A DNA stretch of 55,407 nt, counting the filler, from Stramenopiles sp. TOSAG23-6 (lineage: Eukaryota): assembly GCA_900128565.1 (NCBI GenBank). It is 3 parts of 3 records of this genome, joined end to end, with 100 filler letters (N's around TTAATTAATTAA, not from the genome) between each part and the next. Parts side by side here need not be neighbours in the genome. Positions count along the whole stretch, not along the records: positions 1 to 18,413 come from LT636063.1; positions 18,514 to 36,921 come from LT636064.1; 1 more part is not named here. One strand, 5' to 3'. A model generated the notes under the pieces. That model was not told where the DNA came from, searched no databases, and saw nothing but the letters and a program-made list of their open reading frames with translations. The translations under genes and the position numbers were made by a program. Positions within the stretch are counted from its first letter, which is position 1. Each line of letters opens with the position of its first letter. Of the stretch, positions 12,354-25,500 are shown piece by piece.

Positions 12354-12676
12354 TTATATATCTTTGTGATTAGGTTCACTGTATAGATTTTGTGCTCCAA
12401 GTGTGTGAGCAATTTTTTAGATTTGACTTGCTTGACACTTTGACAGTTACTGAGTTTCAAAAATTAAAAACGAGATATTTTGTTACCAAATTCTGTATAC
12501 ATAAATTCAAAAGCTTCAAAATGCTGTTATTCGCGGTCAAAAACGTCAAAACGACTATTTGTGTCTAAAACTAGCTTTATGTACTTGCTCCACTTGCTCT
12601 TTATTGTCTTTGGTTCCCTATTTCTTATCACAATTAAATTTCTCAAAAGTTTAAGCAAACAAAATATTTCAAAACA

Positions 12677-14287
12677 ATGAACAACTCTATGATAATCATA
12701 CTATGCATGGCTCTTTCATATGGCTATACTGAAGGTGCCTCGCTTCGCGCAGCCGCTACTCCTGAACCAAAGTACATGGATAATATCCAAGTCTTGTTTA
12801 AAGGGTACGACATTTTATACGGGAATCCTATGCCTACTGGATTTATTCCAATGGACCCAGGATTAAGAAAACAAATATTTGGAGCTGTGTATGATCCAAA
12901 CCACCCCGAATGGGTTTCGGGTGATAAACTCTACTATCAGCCTAAAGGCACTACTATTTCTTCCTGTGCTGGTTCTTGTGTTAGCACTTTTTCATCGACG
13001 AGAATTGCCGGGACAAAGTCGTATTCGGCGTCTCTTTCTACAAAGGTTTCAGCTGAAGGGGAAGGCTGGGGAGCTAAATTTTCAGCGTCAACAGATTACA
13101 AAAATGTAAAAGATGGATCATCGGCGCGGGATTCTTTTTTTACTCAATCCGAAATGAGCTGCTGCATATACTATGCGGATATTGATTATTACACCCCTCC
13201 TGACCTGAGTGATGACTTTAAAGAAGGACTTAAAACCTTGACCGAAACATACATGAAAGAACCATATCTTCATTTTATTAAAACATTTGGTACACATTAC
13301 GTTAGTCAAATTACTATGGGCGCAATGTTTGGACAACAGTCAGAGATTACAGCAGATGCGTGGAGTGCAATGGAATCTTCGGGCTTGAATATTGAAACTG
13401 CTGCAAATTACTCTGGTGCTCTAGTTGCTGGGTCTGCAAGTGCCACGAGCGATTCCCAAAAAAAACATGCTGAAACGTTTAACAAGTACTCAACAAAACA
13501 AAGAATGTATAGTCTTGGTGCCAAGCCTCCAAGTGATGGTAAAACTTCAACCTGGGCTGAACAGGCTGTCGAGAGCCCAGCACCACTTAAGTACAATTTG
13601 GTTCAAATCGATGAGCTTGTCAAAGATGAGGCAATTAAAGCAAATTTAAAGAAAGCGCTAAAAGATTATTGTCATAATTTGATGATCGACGGTCTCATTG
13701 ATAGTTGTGATGGTCCTGGAGAAGACAAGCCCTACCCAAAAATTATAAAAAAACGAACATGGACCAAAGTAAGTTTTCACTACTTCAAAAGTATTTCATT
13801 TTGAATTTACCTAACCTAAAGGTCTTGTACTTAACAAATTTCAAATTTCTTATTTTTCACAATACAGTGGGGCACAGGAAATTTCAATGGAGGTGAAAAT
13901 AGTGTTCATGAATGTCCAGAAGGTCACTTTATCAAGGAATTGAAATTTAAAGAGCAAAATGGATACGGATTAGTCAATCTTCATGGAAAATGCTCTGATG
14001 GTAAAACCGAATTTGATGCAACAAGCAACTTCAGTGGGGGATGGAACAGTAAAATTACATGTTCTGAAGGGTTTAGACAAGTTACGCCGAGGTATCAAGA
14101 TGGGTATGGCGTGATCAATGCCAAATCATTTTGCGTTGATGATGCTCTTCAGTCCACTTCAAACGGGAATATGAAGGGAAACTGGAAATTCGATCTTAAA
14201 TGCGATGAGGGTCAGCAGGTTGTTGGGTTTCAGACTCGTGATCAATGGGGATATGGAATTGTTAATCTTAGATATGAATGTGCATAA
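12677..14287 (+). CDS. Secreted MACPF/perforin-like protein with a 3-repeat C-terminal beta domain; exons 12677-13768, 13868-14287
   Basis: Signal peptide; GYDILYGNP; MACPF signature FIKTFGTHYV...MGAMFG; QxGYGxVN three times in the C-terminus. Confidence 0.88.
13769..13867 (+). mobile_element. Diverged family member with canonical GT..AG
   Basis: GTAAGT...TTGTACTTAAC...TTTTCACAATAC-AG. Confidence 0.85.
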
Positions 14288-14557
14288 TTTTAATAATGTA
14301 TACATTAATAAAAATAGAAAGTTATAGCATTATTATTATTATAGATAATCCAATTTAAATAAGTTAATCTTAGATATGAGTGTGCATAATTGTAATTATT
14401 CTTGATTTTGAGGTAAACTCACAATGAATTAGGGTTACTAGGGGGAAGATGTTTTTGGGAATAGTGGAAAAAATATGGAAAAAATAAAAATTAAAAGCTT
14501 TAGATTTTCTGGAAATTTTGGGGATTTTTCATTTTTTATTTTTGCACATGTAGTAAG

Positions 14558-15196
14558 TCACGGCATCGCTTTCCACTGAGTCAGGCAGTTCAACATAGCT
14601 AGAATGTTGATCGAGGCGCGTAGAATTGCAGGGTCGTCTGACTTGACCACCTCAGCACCGATAGCAGTGCCAACACAATCATTCCCCCTCATGATCCGAC
14701 TTTCTTGTGGCGGCAAGCAAAAGCAGCCCATACACAGGGTCAAAATCAAAAATGGCAGAAGCCAAGGCTGGCTGGGAGCAACAATGGACAGGACAGGTTG
14801 GTCATCGGCCACTAATTCGCCCACTGAGCCTCCACATGTTAAGGCCCTTCTTTCAAATGTGTTCATGCCTTGTGTGTTCCACCTCGCCTGGACTAGTCCA
14901 AAGCTGTCCCCCGCGCTTGCATTGATGGAGCCTTTGGAGACCTTGTCCGACCAAACGACGCTCCCGTCAGGAAGAGCAGCAGTCACCACCGCGTGATTGC
15001 TGCCTTTCCACTCATACCTCAGTATTGCAATTTCTTCGCCATCAGCGTTCAGAATGGAATACGCGTAATAATATCTAAGGCCGGCTGGCTTTTCCTCTTT
15101 CTTCCTCTTTACACGGATCTCACCGCCTGCGGTAGACAAGGAACTCGCGAGTTTTTGCTCTGGTGAAATAAATTTTGGAGCTCCGGCAGCTTCCAT
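14558..15196 (-). CDS. Hypothetical protein, possibly scramblase/tubby-fold-like, with a Cys-rich hydrophobic segment
   Basis: Intronless ORF, visibly more GC-rich than its neighbours; WLLPFLILTLCMGCFCLPP. The fold call is a guess. Confidence 0.55.
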   Translation of the reverse strand: MEAAGAPKFISPEQKLASSLSTAGGEIRVKRKKEEKPAGLRYYYAYSILNADGEEIAILRYEWKGSNHAVVTAALPDGSVVWSDKVSKGSINASAGDSFGLVQARWNTQGMNTFERRALTCGGSVGELVADDQPVLSIVAPSQPWLLPFLILTLCMGCFCLPPQESRIMRGNDCVGTAIGAEVVKSDDPAILRASINILAMLNCLTQWKAMP

Positions 15197-15666
15197 GGCA
15201 ATTGCAGAGACCTCGCGTTCGGTGGACTGCCTGTCAGGCAGCACACGGTTGCGGCCACTGGCAAGGATGATTGTTTGTTATCTTTGCAAAATGAATTTAC
15301 TTGAACTTCTTCTCTTTTGGGAGAAGAAAAACAGCGTTTTTTGGTGTATGTTTGTTAATTTAAAAACTTAAAAAACAGTAACTTTGCAGGAATAAAGTTT
15401 TAGAGTACTTTACAGTAAAGTACTGTAACTCAGCTCTAATATTAAGATATTTATACCAGTATCTTTTTTTCTGCCCACCCACGCGACGAAAATATAGATT
15501 AAAAAAACCGACTGAAATAAATTTTGGCGAAATTTTTCCATTTTTTCATCAGATCAGTCCAGTCAGACATCAGACAGTTTCAATATTTCTTGTGCAAAGA
15601 TCTTACATAAGCCTAAACCGATACTCTATTAGACTATTATACTATAACTACAAAAACATAGAAAAC

Positions 15667-17753
15667 ATGGGCGCTGCTGCATCCCTTACATCTGAGAAGA
15701 GTAAGGCAGTTGCGCAACAACTCCAAGGAGAATGTGGAGATAAAGTTATAGATCTTGGCCGCCTCAAAGTTCTTGAAGCTTGGTGGCATTCAGAGCAAAA
15801 TAATGAAGAAGTAGCTTACAACTTGGTCAAAGATAGTTACATGAAACTACCCAGTTCTGATGAACTTGACGACATTGACGAGGCACAGATAAGAGTAGAA
15901 CTCAGGGGTCTTCCCGACGCAATGGATACTGCATGTCACGTATATAATAAATGGCCTCTAGTAATCGACTCAACAGGAAATGCAAATAGATATCTCAAGT
16001 ATAATGGTGCGTATATCATGGCTAACTTACCCAGCGAAGTTCAGGGCGAAAACTTACGCAAAATATTCATTGCATGTCTTAAACGAGGAAATACAATGAT
16101 TTTAAATTTCGGAGATAGTGACTGCTCAACATTGACGGATATATTTGATCCTGAATTTTTTCCCGCTACAATTTTAGATCGGAGATGTTGTTTTGAGAAG
16201 AGAGTTTGGCAGCCTCTCTTAAAGCCCGATACCGACGGAGATTGTGATTTCTTCTTTCCTAACGAGGGTTTCAAACTTGTCATTGTTACAGAAAACACCA
16301 ATCCAACGACTGACTTTGATTCTTTACTTAAACGTGTCAATATAGGAAATAAAGATTCAGAGTCAAATGGAAATTGCGATAATGAAGATCAAGTTGAAGT
16401 TCTCCTTGGTGCAAAAGAAGTGATTCGCAATAGCGAAGATTTGACAGAATTTGCTTTTGATGGTGACTTGGATGGTGTTAAAGATCTTATAGAAAAGGGA
16501 TATTTTATGGATTCTGTTGATGCACACGATCATTCTGCTCTATCCGAGGCCGCTGCTCAAGGTCATGCTCATGTCGTTGAATATTTGTTGAGTCTTGGAG
16601 CAAATCCAAATAAGTGCAATGACAAAGGGAGATCTCCACTTTATCGGGCTGCTTTCAATGGTCATCTGCCAGTCGTACAATTTCTATTGGAATCTGGTGC
16701 AGATCCTGACAAGCATGATGAAGGCAGTGGTGAAATGCCAATGGATGCCTGTAATTTATATACATTTTTATAGCTACATTTTTTTGAAATGATTGAATGC
16801 ACAAGATTTTTATACTAATTTTATGATTCTTAACTTATATATAAATAACCTAAACAGGTACCGATGAGGCAACTCAAAATTTGCTCTCTTCTTGGGATCG
16901 GGAGAAAACTAAATCATTACTTATCAAACGCGAGGAAGCAATTCAATTGGCCGCTGAAAGTCGTTTGAAAACTGCGGCAGAACGTGAACTATACGCTCGA
17001 GGTAAGATACGGGATGAATTAGTCAAGTATTGTCAAGATGGGGAAAAAACTGCCGTTGAGGAATTACTGAATCGGATGGCTGAAGAAGCAGAAGAGTGTA
17101 GTGGAAGACCAACTGGTACAGCACAGTGTCGGGATCCAAGAGGGAATACACTACTTGCTGTGTCTGCATGGAAAGGTCATATAGAGATTGTTGAAATGTT
17201 ACTCACTAAATATAAGACACTAGATCCTGGTGATGGTACGGGTTCAATGTTTGGTGATCCAGATAAATACATGAGAAAAGTTTGGCGTGTTGATGTGAAT
17301 GCTCAAGATCAAAAAGGATGGACTCCCATTCAGGTGGCGGTCTTTCATAAACATGTAAATATTACACGATTATTACTTGAACATGGAGCTGATCCATCCC
17401 GGAAAAATTCGTATGGTAAAGATGCATTTAGTCTAGCACAAGTGGAAACACCTCCGAATATTAAATTAATGCGATGGTATGACCACGAATTATTTAAAAA
17501 AGATATGGAAGAAAAAAATAACTACAAAGAAAGTGAATGTACACTTCTTCTCAATGAATGGGCAAGAACAAAACGAGCCGCGGCGAATACACTCGGAGCC
17601 GAAAAAGCTGCGACAGAAATTAAATCTATAGAAAAAAAGTCTGCTGAAGTGAGCAACGATAATCCAAAGGTACAAAAAGTGAAAAAGAAAAATTCTACAA
17701 AACCAACTCCAAAGGGAAAGACAAGAAAAAAAAAGAAGAGGAAAAAAAAGTGA
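15667..17753 (+). CDS. Ankyrin-repeat protein, IQANK1-like; exons 15667-16750, 16858-17753
   Basis: SALSEAAAQGH, GRSPLYRAAFNGHL, GWTPIQVAV ankyrin repeats; KWPLVIDSTG domain; MGAAAS myristoylation-like start. Confidence 0.85.
16751..16857 (+). other. Ordinary GT-AG spliceosomal intron, not of the introner family
   Basis: GTAATT...TACTAAT...AAACAG; restores MDAC-TDE; lacks the CGTACGAAATTTTGTACCTAAC core. Confidence 0.85.
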
Positions 17754-18032
17754 AGATTTTTTACTATAAAAAAAAATACAAACCTCATACAATGGTCCAT
17801 TCCTCACTATCTGAAACGAGGACATACTATATAGTGTTGTGCATATATACGAGATCTATCTGAAAATTAGATAGGCACAAATGGTACGAAATTACGAAAT
17901 CTAAAAAAGTCTCATTTCGTACAACAATGCACGAAATCTTAAAAAAATATTATTATACGTACAACAATACACAGAAGTGTAAATCTTAAAGATTAAATAA
18001 AACAACTACATCAATATAGTGCTTATCCTTGC

Positions 18033-18303
18033 TTACACAGAAGCGCAAATATTTTTACTATTCAATTTCTGTACATTTTCCATTACAGCAGATAATGGCC
18101 GAACACGAATTCCAGTGGATATTTTATCCATCACAGCATTTGGATAAGCAAAAAATGGTCCAAACCTAGCTTTAGCAATCGCTCCCATAAAAACAGATAT
18201 CATCGGGAAATATTTCTTACCTGGTTTCAACTGAGTGTAAGCTGAGCCATACGATTTCCCATTAATATAAAAACTTACATCTCCACTACAATTTCCTTTA
18301 TTC
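18033..18303 (-). CDS. Last exon of a SPRY-domain protein, ASH2L-like (5'-partial)
   Basis: FYINGKSYGSAY...YFPMISVF...FGPFFAYP resembles the ASH2L SPRY C-terminus. Confidence 0.65.
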
Positions 18304-18411
18304 ATGTATTTTGGAAAAATATTTCAAAAAAAATCTAAAAAAAATTGTTAGGTACAAAATTTTTATAAAAAAAAAATTCGATTTTTTTGTTAAAAAAAAA
18401 ATAAAACATAC
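18304..18411 (-). mobile_element. Introner-like intron GT..AT (AT/AT) at contig end
   Basis: Full consensus; the upstream exon is missing, so frame cannot be tested. Confidence 0.8.
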
Positions 18412-18413
18412 AT

Positions 18414-18513
18414 NNNNNNNNNNNNNNNNNNNNNNNNNNNNNNNNNNNNNNNNNNNNTTAATTAATTAANNNNNNNNNNNNNNNNNNNNNNNNNNNNNNN
18501 NNNNNNNNNNNNN
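18414..18513. other. Artificial contig linker N44-TTAATTAATTAA-N44
   Basis: 100-nt linker with stop codons in all six frames; identical linker at 36922-37021. Confidence 0.97.
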
Positions 18514-19069
18514 CCCCGGCTGTGCACACTGTTGAATAATTGTTTATCTTTTGGTATCGTTTGACGCACGTCAGTTTTGATGTTTTTTGAGAAGCGTGAA
18601 CTTTCATTTGGAGACCAATCAGAGTTCTTTTTCTCTGTCAGCTCTCCAGCAAATTCCATGATTTGAGTTCAGCAATCAAATGTTTGCTCAAGCAGTTTAA
18701 GTATAATTAAGATTTTTCGATAATAAGTAACAATGAAAAATACTAGTATGAATTGGATTTGCTTCAGTACTTAGTTTTTATTTCCTTCGTTGAAACGAAA
18801 GTATACCCAAGCTATATTTACTATCGCAAGTCCCGCCTTATACGCGTAACGATCGTGTAACCGTAACTATCGCTTCATCGTCTTAAAAGTACGTACTTTA
18901 GCTTTACTTCTCGTCAAGACGAATTCATATTCATACTACTGGTAGATATTACAACATGTCTATAATGGATTTTTTCTCAGTGTTGCGCTAATCTTTCGAA
19001 TATTCTGTTGCTTAGAAGATACATATAAATTATCAATAATACTATACTTATCGAAGCATTTTCATGTAG

Positions 19070-22000
19070 ATGGCTGACTCAAAAAACACAGAACTTCAGT
19101 TGATTGGGGGTCTTGAAGGAGCATTGAAACTTCTTGGTTCCAAAAATTCGACTATATGTGAGAATGCTGCTCTTGTCCTTGTAGGGAGTACTCGAGAAGA
19201 CAGAAATGGGGCAGAAGAACTCCGCGAGTCAATCTTGTGTTTACCGACTGATCAACTGGAAACCTTAATATCACATATGAAGAATACACAGCTTGGTGTA
19301 AAAAGAGCAATAACAAATACAATTTGCAACTGCTCATATGCTAATCTAGAATCTAATAAAATCGCTAAAAATGGGGGCCGTGATGCACTCGCTTCTAGGT
19401 TACTTGATACAGATGCGATAGAAATTCTAGTAGACCTTTTATCTTCAAACGAAGAAGATGTTGTTGTTTCTGCTGCAACATCAATAGCAAATTTATCATG
19501 CGATTTACCTATTTTAAGAAATGAAATTCGTGCAACTGGAGGAATTGAAGATTTGACTGACTTGCTGAAACGAAATGAGCCTACAATCATTGAGGTTGCA
19601 ATTAGTGCAATTGCAAATATAACCGAAGATAATCCACGGAATATTGCTGAATTGGCGGCAAAACAATCTGAAACTGTGCCTGTAATTATCAAGCTTCTAC
19701 GAGAGAATATTCCTATTAACGTGTCTTCGTGTCTTTCTGTCAACACTAAATATAATAGATTGGTTGAATCAAAACATGTCATGAATGATGATAAGGAAAC
19801 ACAACAGGGCGACGAGTCAATTAACATAAATGAATACAAAGAATATCGATTCGGTCGAACATCTGATACAGTAGATTCTGTGAAATCACCTTTTAGACGA
19901 GCTGATGGATCTCTTGATGAGACAGGTATGGAAATATTTCATACTATTTTATTATTACTGGAGAGAATTTGTAATTGCAAAGCAGTAGAAGCCAACAGTA
20001 ATTGGTTGAAAGTAGTTCAGGATAGTTGTGGTATTTGGCCTTTACTCTCAGTCTTTGCGTTTGCGGGTAAAATTGAAAATACGAATAACATCAACAGTAA
20101 TACCACAAGCGATGAAAATTCAGAAACCGAAACAGTGAATGATGCTTTCTCTGATTCAAGCAGACGAGCAGCAGTTGTATTATCATCATTATTGCGAAAA
20201 CGACAATCGCCACAAGAACTAGCAAATTTATTAGATGTTTTTATTTCTAGAGGTGCCATATCAGCAGCAATGAAGAATATATATAGTTGCGTAGACGATG
20301 TGATGCAGACAGCTTGGCTAATTATAACCCGCGCATGTCGCCAATCTCCATCTGCGTGTAGTAAATTGGTAAACAGCAAAGAAAATGTAGACCAACTTGT
20401 AGCAGGGCTATATCATTCAAAAAACGAGATTCTTGGAGCTGTCACTTTTACCATCTCTTGCTGTCTTGCTTTACACCCAGAACTTTTCATTCCAGCAAAT
20501 ACAATACACTGCACGACAAAACTCAATTCGGTTCAACCCATGGCACCACTTTACGAAGCATTATGGAAGGCCCAAGAAAATATAGATCAAACAGGCGAAG
20601 AACAAGTGAATAAATGCTATTTGTTTTCATCCAACTGTGGATCGATGCAATTGATTCGTCTATTGAGACATAAAAATGATCAGGTGAGGAAACACGCCGT
20701 GATGTGTATTCGAGGACTCCGAAAAGATTACAATGCATTAATAAATTTCGCTGCGTCCGGGTGCTCGGTGCTGATGCGAAAGTTCGCCGGTAAGTATGAA
20801 TTGGGTGCCGCCATTACTCATACACGGACAACTGATATAGGTCGGAGTAGTTTGCACATAACCAATCATTCCAGTTCATCACATGTACATTGTGATATTT
20901 TAGATGCATCGTACAAAGCGACAGAAGACTTTTGGGAGAAATCTGAAAACGAGGCAGCTTCTACTGCTCAAGGACTGGCGGTTAAGTTTCCTCGAGCAGC
21001 AGAGACGTGTACGGCTTTATTGGAATGGATGAAAGCTAAACTTGAAACGCGCGAATCGACGAATAAAAATAAAAATGTTGACAAGGGGGACACCCAATTT
21101 ATTATTATGGAACAGCTAATGCATTCATTGCGCTCATCAGTCCAGATATCGAAGTCCATAAAAAATGTCCAAACGGTGCGATTGCATAGAGTTAGGATGT
21201 CTTCAATAGCACGATCGGTGCTCGATTGTGGTGCTTTGGGTAATATCGATATCATGAGATTATTCATCAAGCATGGTGGTATGTCTGTGATACTACCAAT
21301 GATTAACTCTCCGGATAAGAATTTGATGAAAGATACAAAAATTGTGAGTATAGATGACGCAAAGGGAAATATAGGATGGAATTTTTGTATTGAAACACGT
21401 GGTTGTGCATATGAGTTTCTGGTTTCTGCGTTTAGAGGAATACGATACAACTCATCAACAGGTAGCAATAGTAAACATAGCCCAAATGGTATAGAATATG
21501 ACAGTGTAGATGATACCCGAGATGAGTATGTCAAATCTGTAAACTCAACAGATGTATGTTTTATGTTTTTTCAAATTCGAATTTGTTTTCGTACGAAATT
21601 TTGTACCTAACGATTTTTCTTTCAAATATTTTTCCAAAATACTTTCTTCAGCAGCATGGATGATTGGAGAAACAATGAACACAAGTAGGACCTATCTTAA
21701 ATTCACTTCTGGTAAACATGATAATATGTCAGCATATTCGGGTAAGATCATGGCTGGTGGAGCGAATATCCGATTCTGTATTGGCCCCGAACAACGCCAT
21801 TTTTTTGCCCATACAAATATTTTATGTAAAGCTTCTCCTGTTTTCGAAGCTCTTGTAAACGAAGCTAAACAAGAGTTTAATGATTGTGGTTATTCCCCCG
21901 CTGTTAATAAAGGTAAAGAATCAGCCAATTTTGTCATTGAAACTGAAAAAGGGCAAAGTCATTCTTTGAAAGAAATTGCTGAAATAGTTTTACCTAATAT

Positions 22001-22442
22001 CCAGTACAGTGTATTTATGGCAGTAGTAGGTTTTATATACACTCATGACTTCAATGCTGTATTTGCTAGAGGAGATGGCGTAGATAAAGGCGGCCCATCA
22101 ATATCTTGGGTATTCTCGCTTATGGATGCAGCTGAAAAATTTCGACTTACCGAATTATTCTCTAGTATTCCTCGATATCTGACGTCTAGAATAGATTTAA
22201 GAAATGTATTCACAGTTCTAAGCCTTGCTCTACAAAGGAAGCTTATGCGCCTTGCCAAGCACTGTTTCTTTTATATCGTAACACATATAGACTTAATTTG
22301 TATTGCCGCAGATAGACATCAAAAATTAGCATTGGAAAAGAAACAGGAAAAAGATTACGAAACAAGAACATTATCAAAAATAGATAATTTAAAAGATGTA
22401 CAAAATATGATAGAAATGTACTTAAAATCCGTTATATATTAA
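19070..22442 (+). CDS. Armadillo-repeat plus BTB/POZ protein (ARIA/ABAP1-like architecture); exons 19070-21553, 21645-22442
   Basis: ARM repeats (GGIEDLTDLLK, AISAIANIT); BTB (FFAHTNILCKASPVFEAL, FMAVVGFIYT, LMDAAEKFRL). Confidence 0.82.
21554..21644 (+). mobile_element. Introner-like intron GT..TT (exon ends AT)
   Basis: Near-consensus copy; ends CCAAAATAC-TT; joins the ARM and BTB ORFs in frame. Confidence 0.82.
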
Positions 22443-22515
22443 TGTAGTGTGTGATTATGATCGGGTTGAAAATAAATAAATCTAATTTATAATATCTTAA
22501 GGTTCCAACTACGTT

Positions 22516-25500
22516 TTAGATCATTAATTTGCTTTGCAAAACAGTCCATATTAGAATTATCGTAATTGATAAAATCCCGAAAACATACATCATCGAAAGC
22601 ATATGTATATGTGTATTTAAGAGAGTAATATTTGAACCGCTCCCTTCTATTTTTAACTTTGTATTGGCAATGAACCGTGGATGTTGGCGCAGGCTACGAA
22701 GTATTTTCGGGTGTCTAAGATATATTTTAGCTTTCGAGCGCCACAAAGTTATATCTTTTGTTAATTGTCTGGCTTCGTCTTTTGTTTCAGATATTAATTT
22801 AGATATATTTTTATTATGTTCTGCAGTAATGTCATTTATCTCAGATTTGTGATGTTTGCGTATTTCTTGGATAATGTTTTTGCGTAAACCGCGAGCGTCT
22901 TGAATCTTACTCGCGTGTTTATTTTTTATATTTTTGATCATGTTTTCATGTGTATTGTGTATGTTGCAAATTATTTGATCACAATTGTTTTTAACATTGG
23001 AAATCTCTTCTAAACAGTTGGCTTCAACTACACGAATCGAGTCCATTTTCTCTTTCTGAATAAGCGCAATCTCGGATTGATAGTTCTCTCTAATGTGCCC
23101 AATTGCTTGTTGGTGTTTGGCAATTATATTATTAGTTGATGATTCTTGTAATGTTATCAATTCATCTTTCTGGTGTTCATGTTGACCAATTAAGTGTTCA
23201 TAATTAACTGAATTCTTATCTTTTACTTCGATTAAATTCTGAATATTTCTTTCATGCAATTCCTTCAAATTTTGGACTAGATCTTGTGCTTCTCTTTGTT
23301 GTAGGGAAATTTCTTTATCAAAATTACGTTTTGATTCTTCAAGTGTTTTATTATGCAATTGTTTGAGTTCTTCTGTATTTATATTATATCCGTGTGAAAT
23401 TGATTGAGCATTTTGAATATTATTTTGTTCCATTTCGTTTAAACTTCTTCTGTGCTTTCTGTTTGCTGTGGCAATACACTTGAAACACAAATCCTTCATA
23501 TCTTTTAGCTTGGTTTCATTTGATGTAAGAATCTCCGTTATTTCTTCATGACAAGTTTCATCTTTTTTATTTATCTCTATTTCATGTTGATGTTTAAGTA
23601 AATTAAATTCATGGATATGTTTTTGGTGCGATTCATCGTACTCCTCCTTGAAATTTATAATTTCGTCATTTGAAACTTCTCCTTCAGCCTGATACATTTT
23701 ATGGATGTCCTGCATATCTCGAAAATTCGACTCAACACACGAATCATATTTTTTGCGAAGTTTATCAAGGTCACTTTCAAATATCAGTTGTTTATTTAAA
23801 TTAGCCGATTCATACTCTTCCTGTACCTTTGATAGCTCTTTATGATGCTCAAAATGTAAATTATGTAGATATTTTGATTCATTGCTAACTTGTTGATCAT
23901 ACTCTACTCGTGTCTCGGTCAGTATATGCTTATGATTTAATTCATTTTCATGCATTTTATATGCATGTGTAGAGTTTGTTTCATTTAACAAGGCTTGATG
24001 CCTAAAAACGGTATCTTCATTTTCAAATTTACTTTCGTTCTGAATATCACGAAGTACCAATATTTCATTTTCTGCCTTGTTCAGCTTATTTTGATTCGTA
24101 TTACTTTGAGATAAGATATTTTCAAATTGGGATTGTAGATTCAAAAGTTCAACTTCAAAAAATCGTTCTTGCTGTGCATTATCACGCCATTTATCCACTT
24201 CTACTTTATATTTTGTAATTTGATCGTCGTAATATGAACGGGCTAAATTTTCTTGACAATATATTGCTTTATTTTTTGCTTCAAGATTATTAATATCATT
24301 TTTTAAATCTTGGATGAGAGTCATTTGTAAATTTAGCTCATTTGCTTCTAAAGTATGAGTCTCTAAATATGATTCCATTTTTATCATATTCTCATGTTCA
24401 CGTAATAATGATAATTGTTCTATTTCAAATATATTATCATACTCTGTATATATAGAAGACTGTGCAATTTTAGCATCTGCTTCAAGATCTAATATTCTGC
24501 AGTCAGATGTTTTCAAACGGTCTAATACGATGGACAAAAGTGTATGGTTATATTTAGATAAACCAAGAAAAATTTGGGAACTCGAAATAATTTCCGGACT
24601 TGAAAGATATATATGAACTGTCTGGTGAAATATTGTTTCAATCTTGTGTAGTAGTTTTGATACTCGAAATTGAGAATGTCTCATTATATTTTTAGAGAAA
24701 GTGTCACACATGTCAAGTAAGCGTAAAAAGTCATTCTGTAAAATATTCTGCTTACTTGTTAGCAATGTATTTTGACAGCGAAGGCAGTATACACCACACA
24801 TGCTTTCAGGCAAACACNGCANTGNTTTTANTTCTGNCCNTCATTGTATATTCATACCATGAAGACTTTGCATTTGTTTTCAACCTATATGATATTTGTG
24901 GTAGCCAATTTACACTAGTTTTTATATGATTCAACTTCTCTCTTTTTTGTGACAACTTTATATTTTCCAAAGTAATTGACTCCTTTTCCCACAGTGAGTT
25001 TAGCATTTCTAAAAGAATAGATCCATCGGCTCCACATTGCCCAGGTATAAGAGCAATTTCTCCTACGATTTCTGTAAGAGTTACATGCAGATTAGTTCTT
25101 TGCGCGTCCAAAATATTTATTTCATTTAATTTGAAATCACGATGATTATTGTTCTGTATATCTTTACTTGAATATCCTTGATTTTCTTTGCAAATTATTC
25201 TTTCTTTTTTCAAACACACATCCATGGTGCGTCGTATATCTTCATCTGCTTCTTTTAATCCCACTTTTAACAAATTTACAGATTCCTCCATCTGTGCAGA
25301 AAGTGTTGCATCGTGTTGTTTGCGCATAGTACTTAATTTGGTTTTTAAAGATGAAACTTCTTCATGGAATTTTTCTGTTATTTCTGCATGATTAATATTT
25401 TCTATTCGATTTATTTCACGCAAATCCTTCAACGAATTTTCCAATTTACTTTCTACATCTTGAGTATATTCTTGGGTTTTACAATGTTCTTGTTCTTCCA

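Noticed and set aside
18514-18659. Short minus-strand ORF at the start of contig 2
   Set aside because: Possibly a gene 5' end cut by the contig edge, but it has no recognisable motif.
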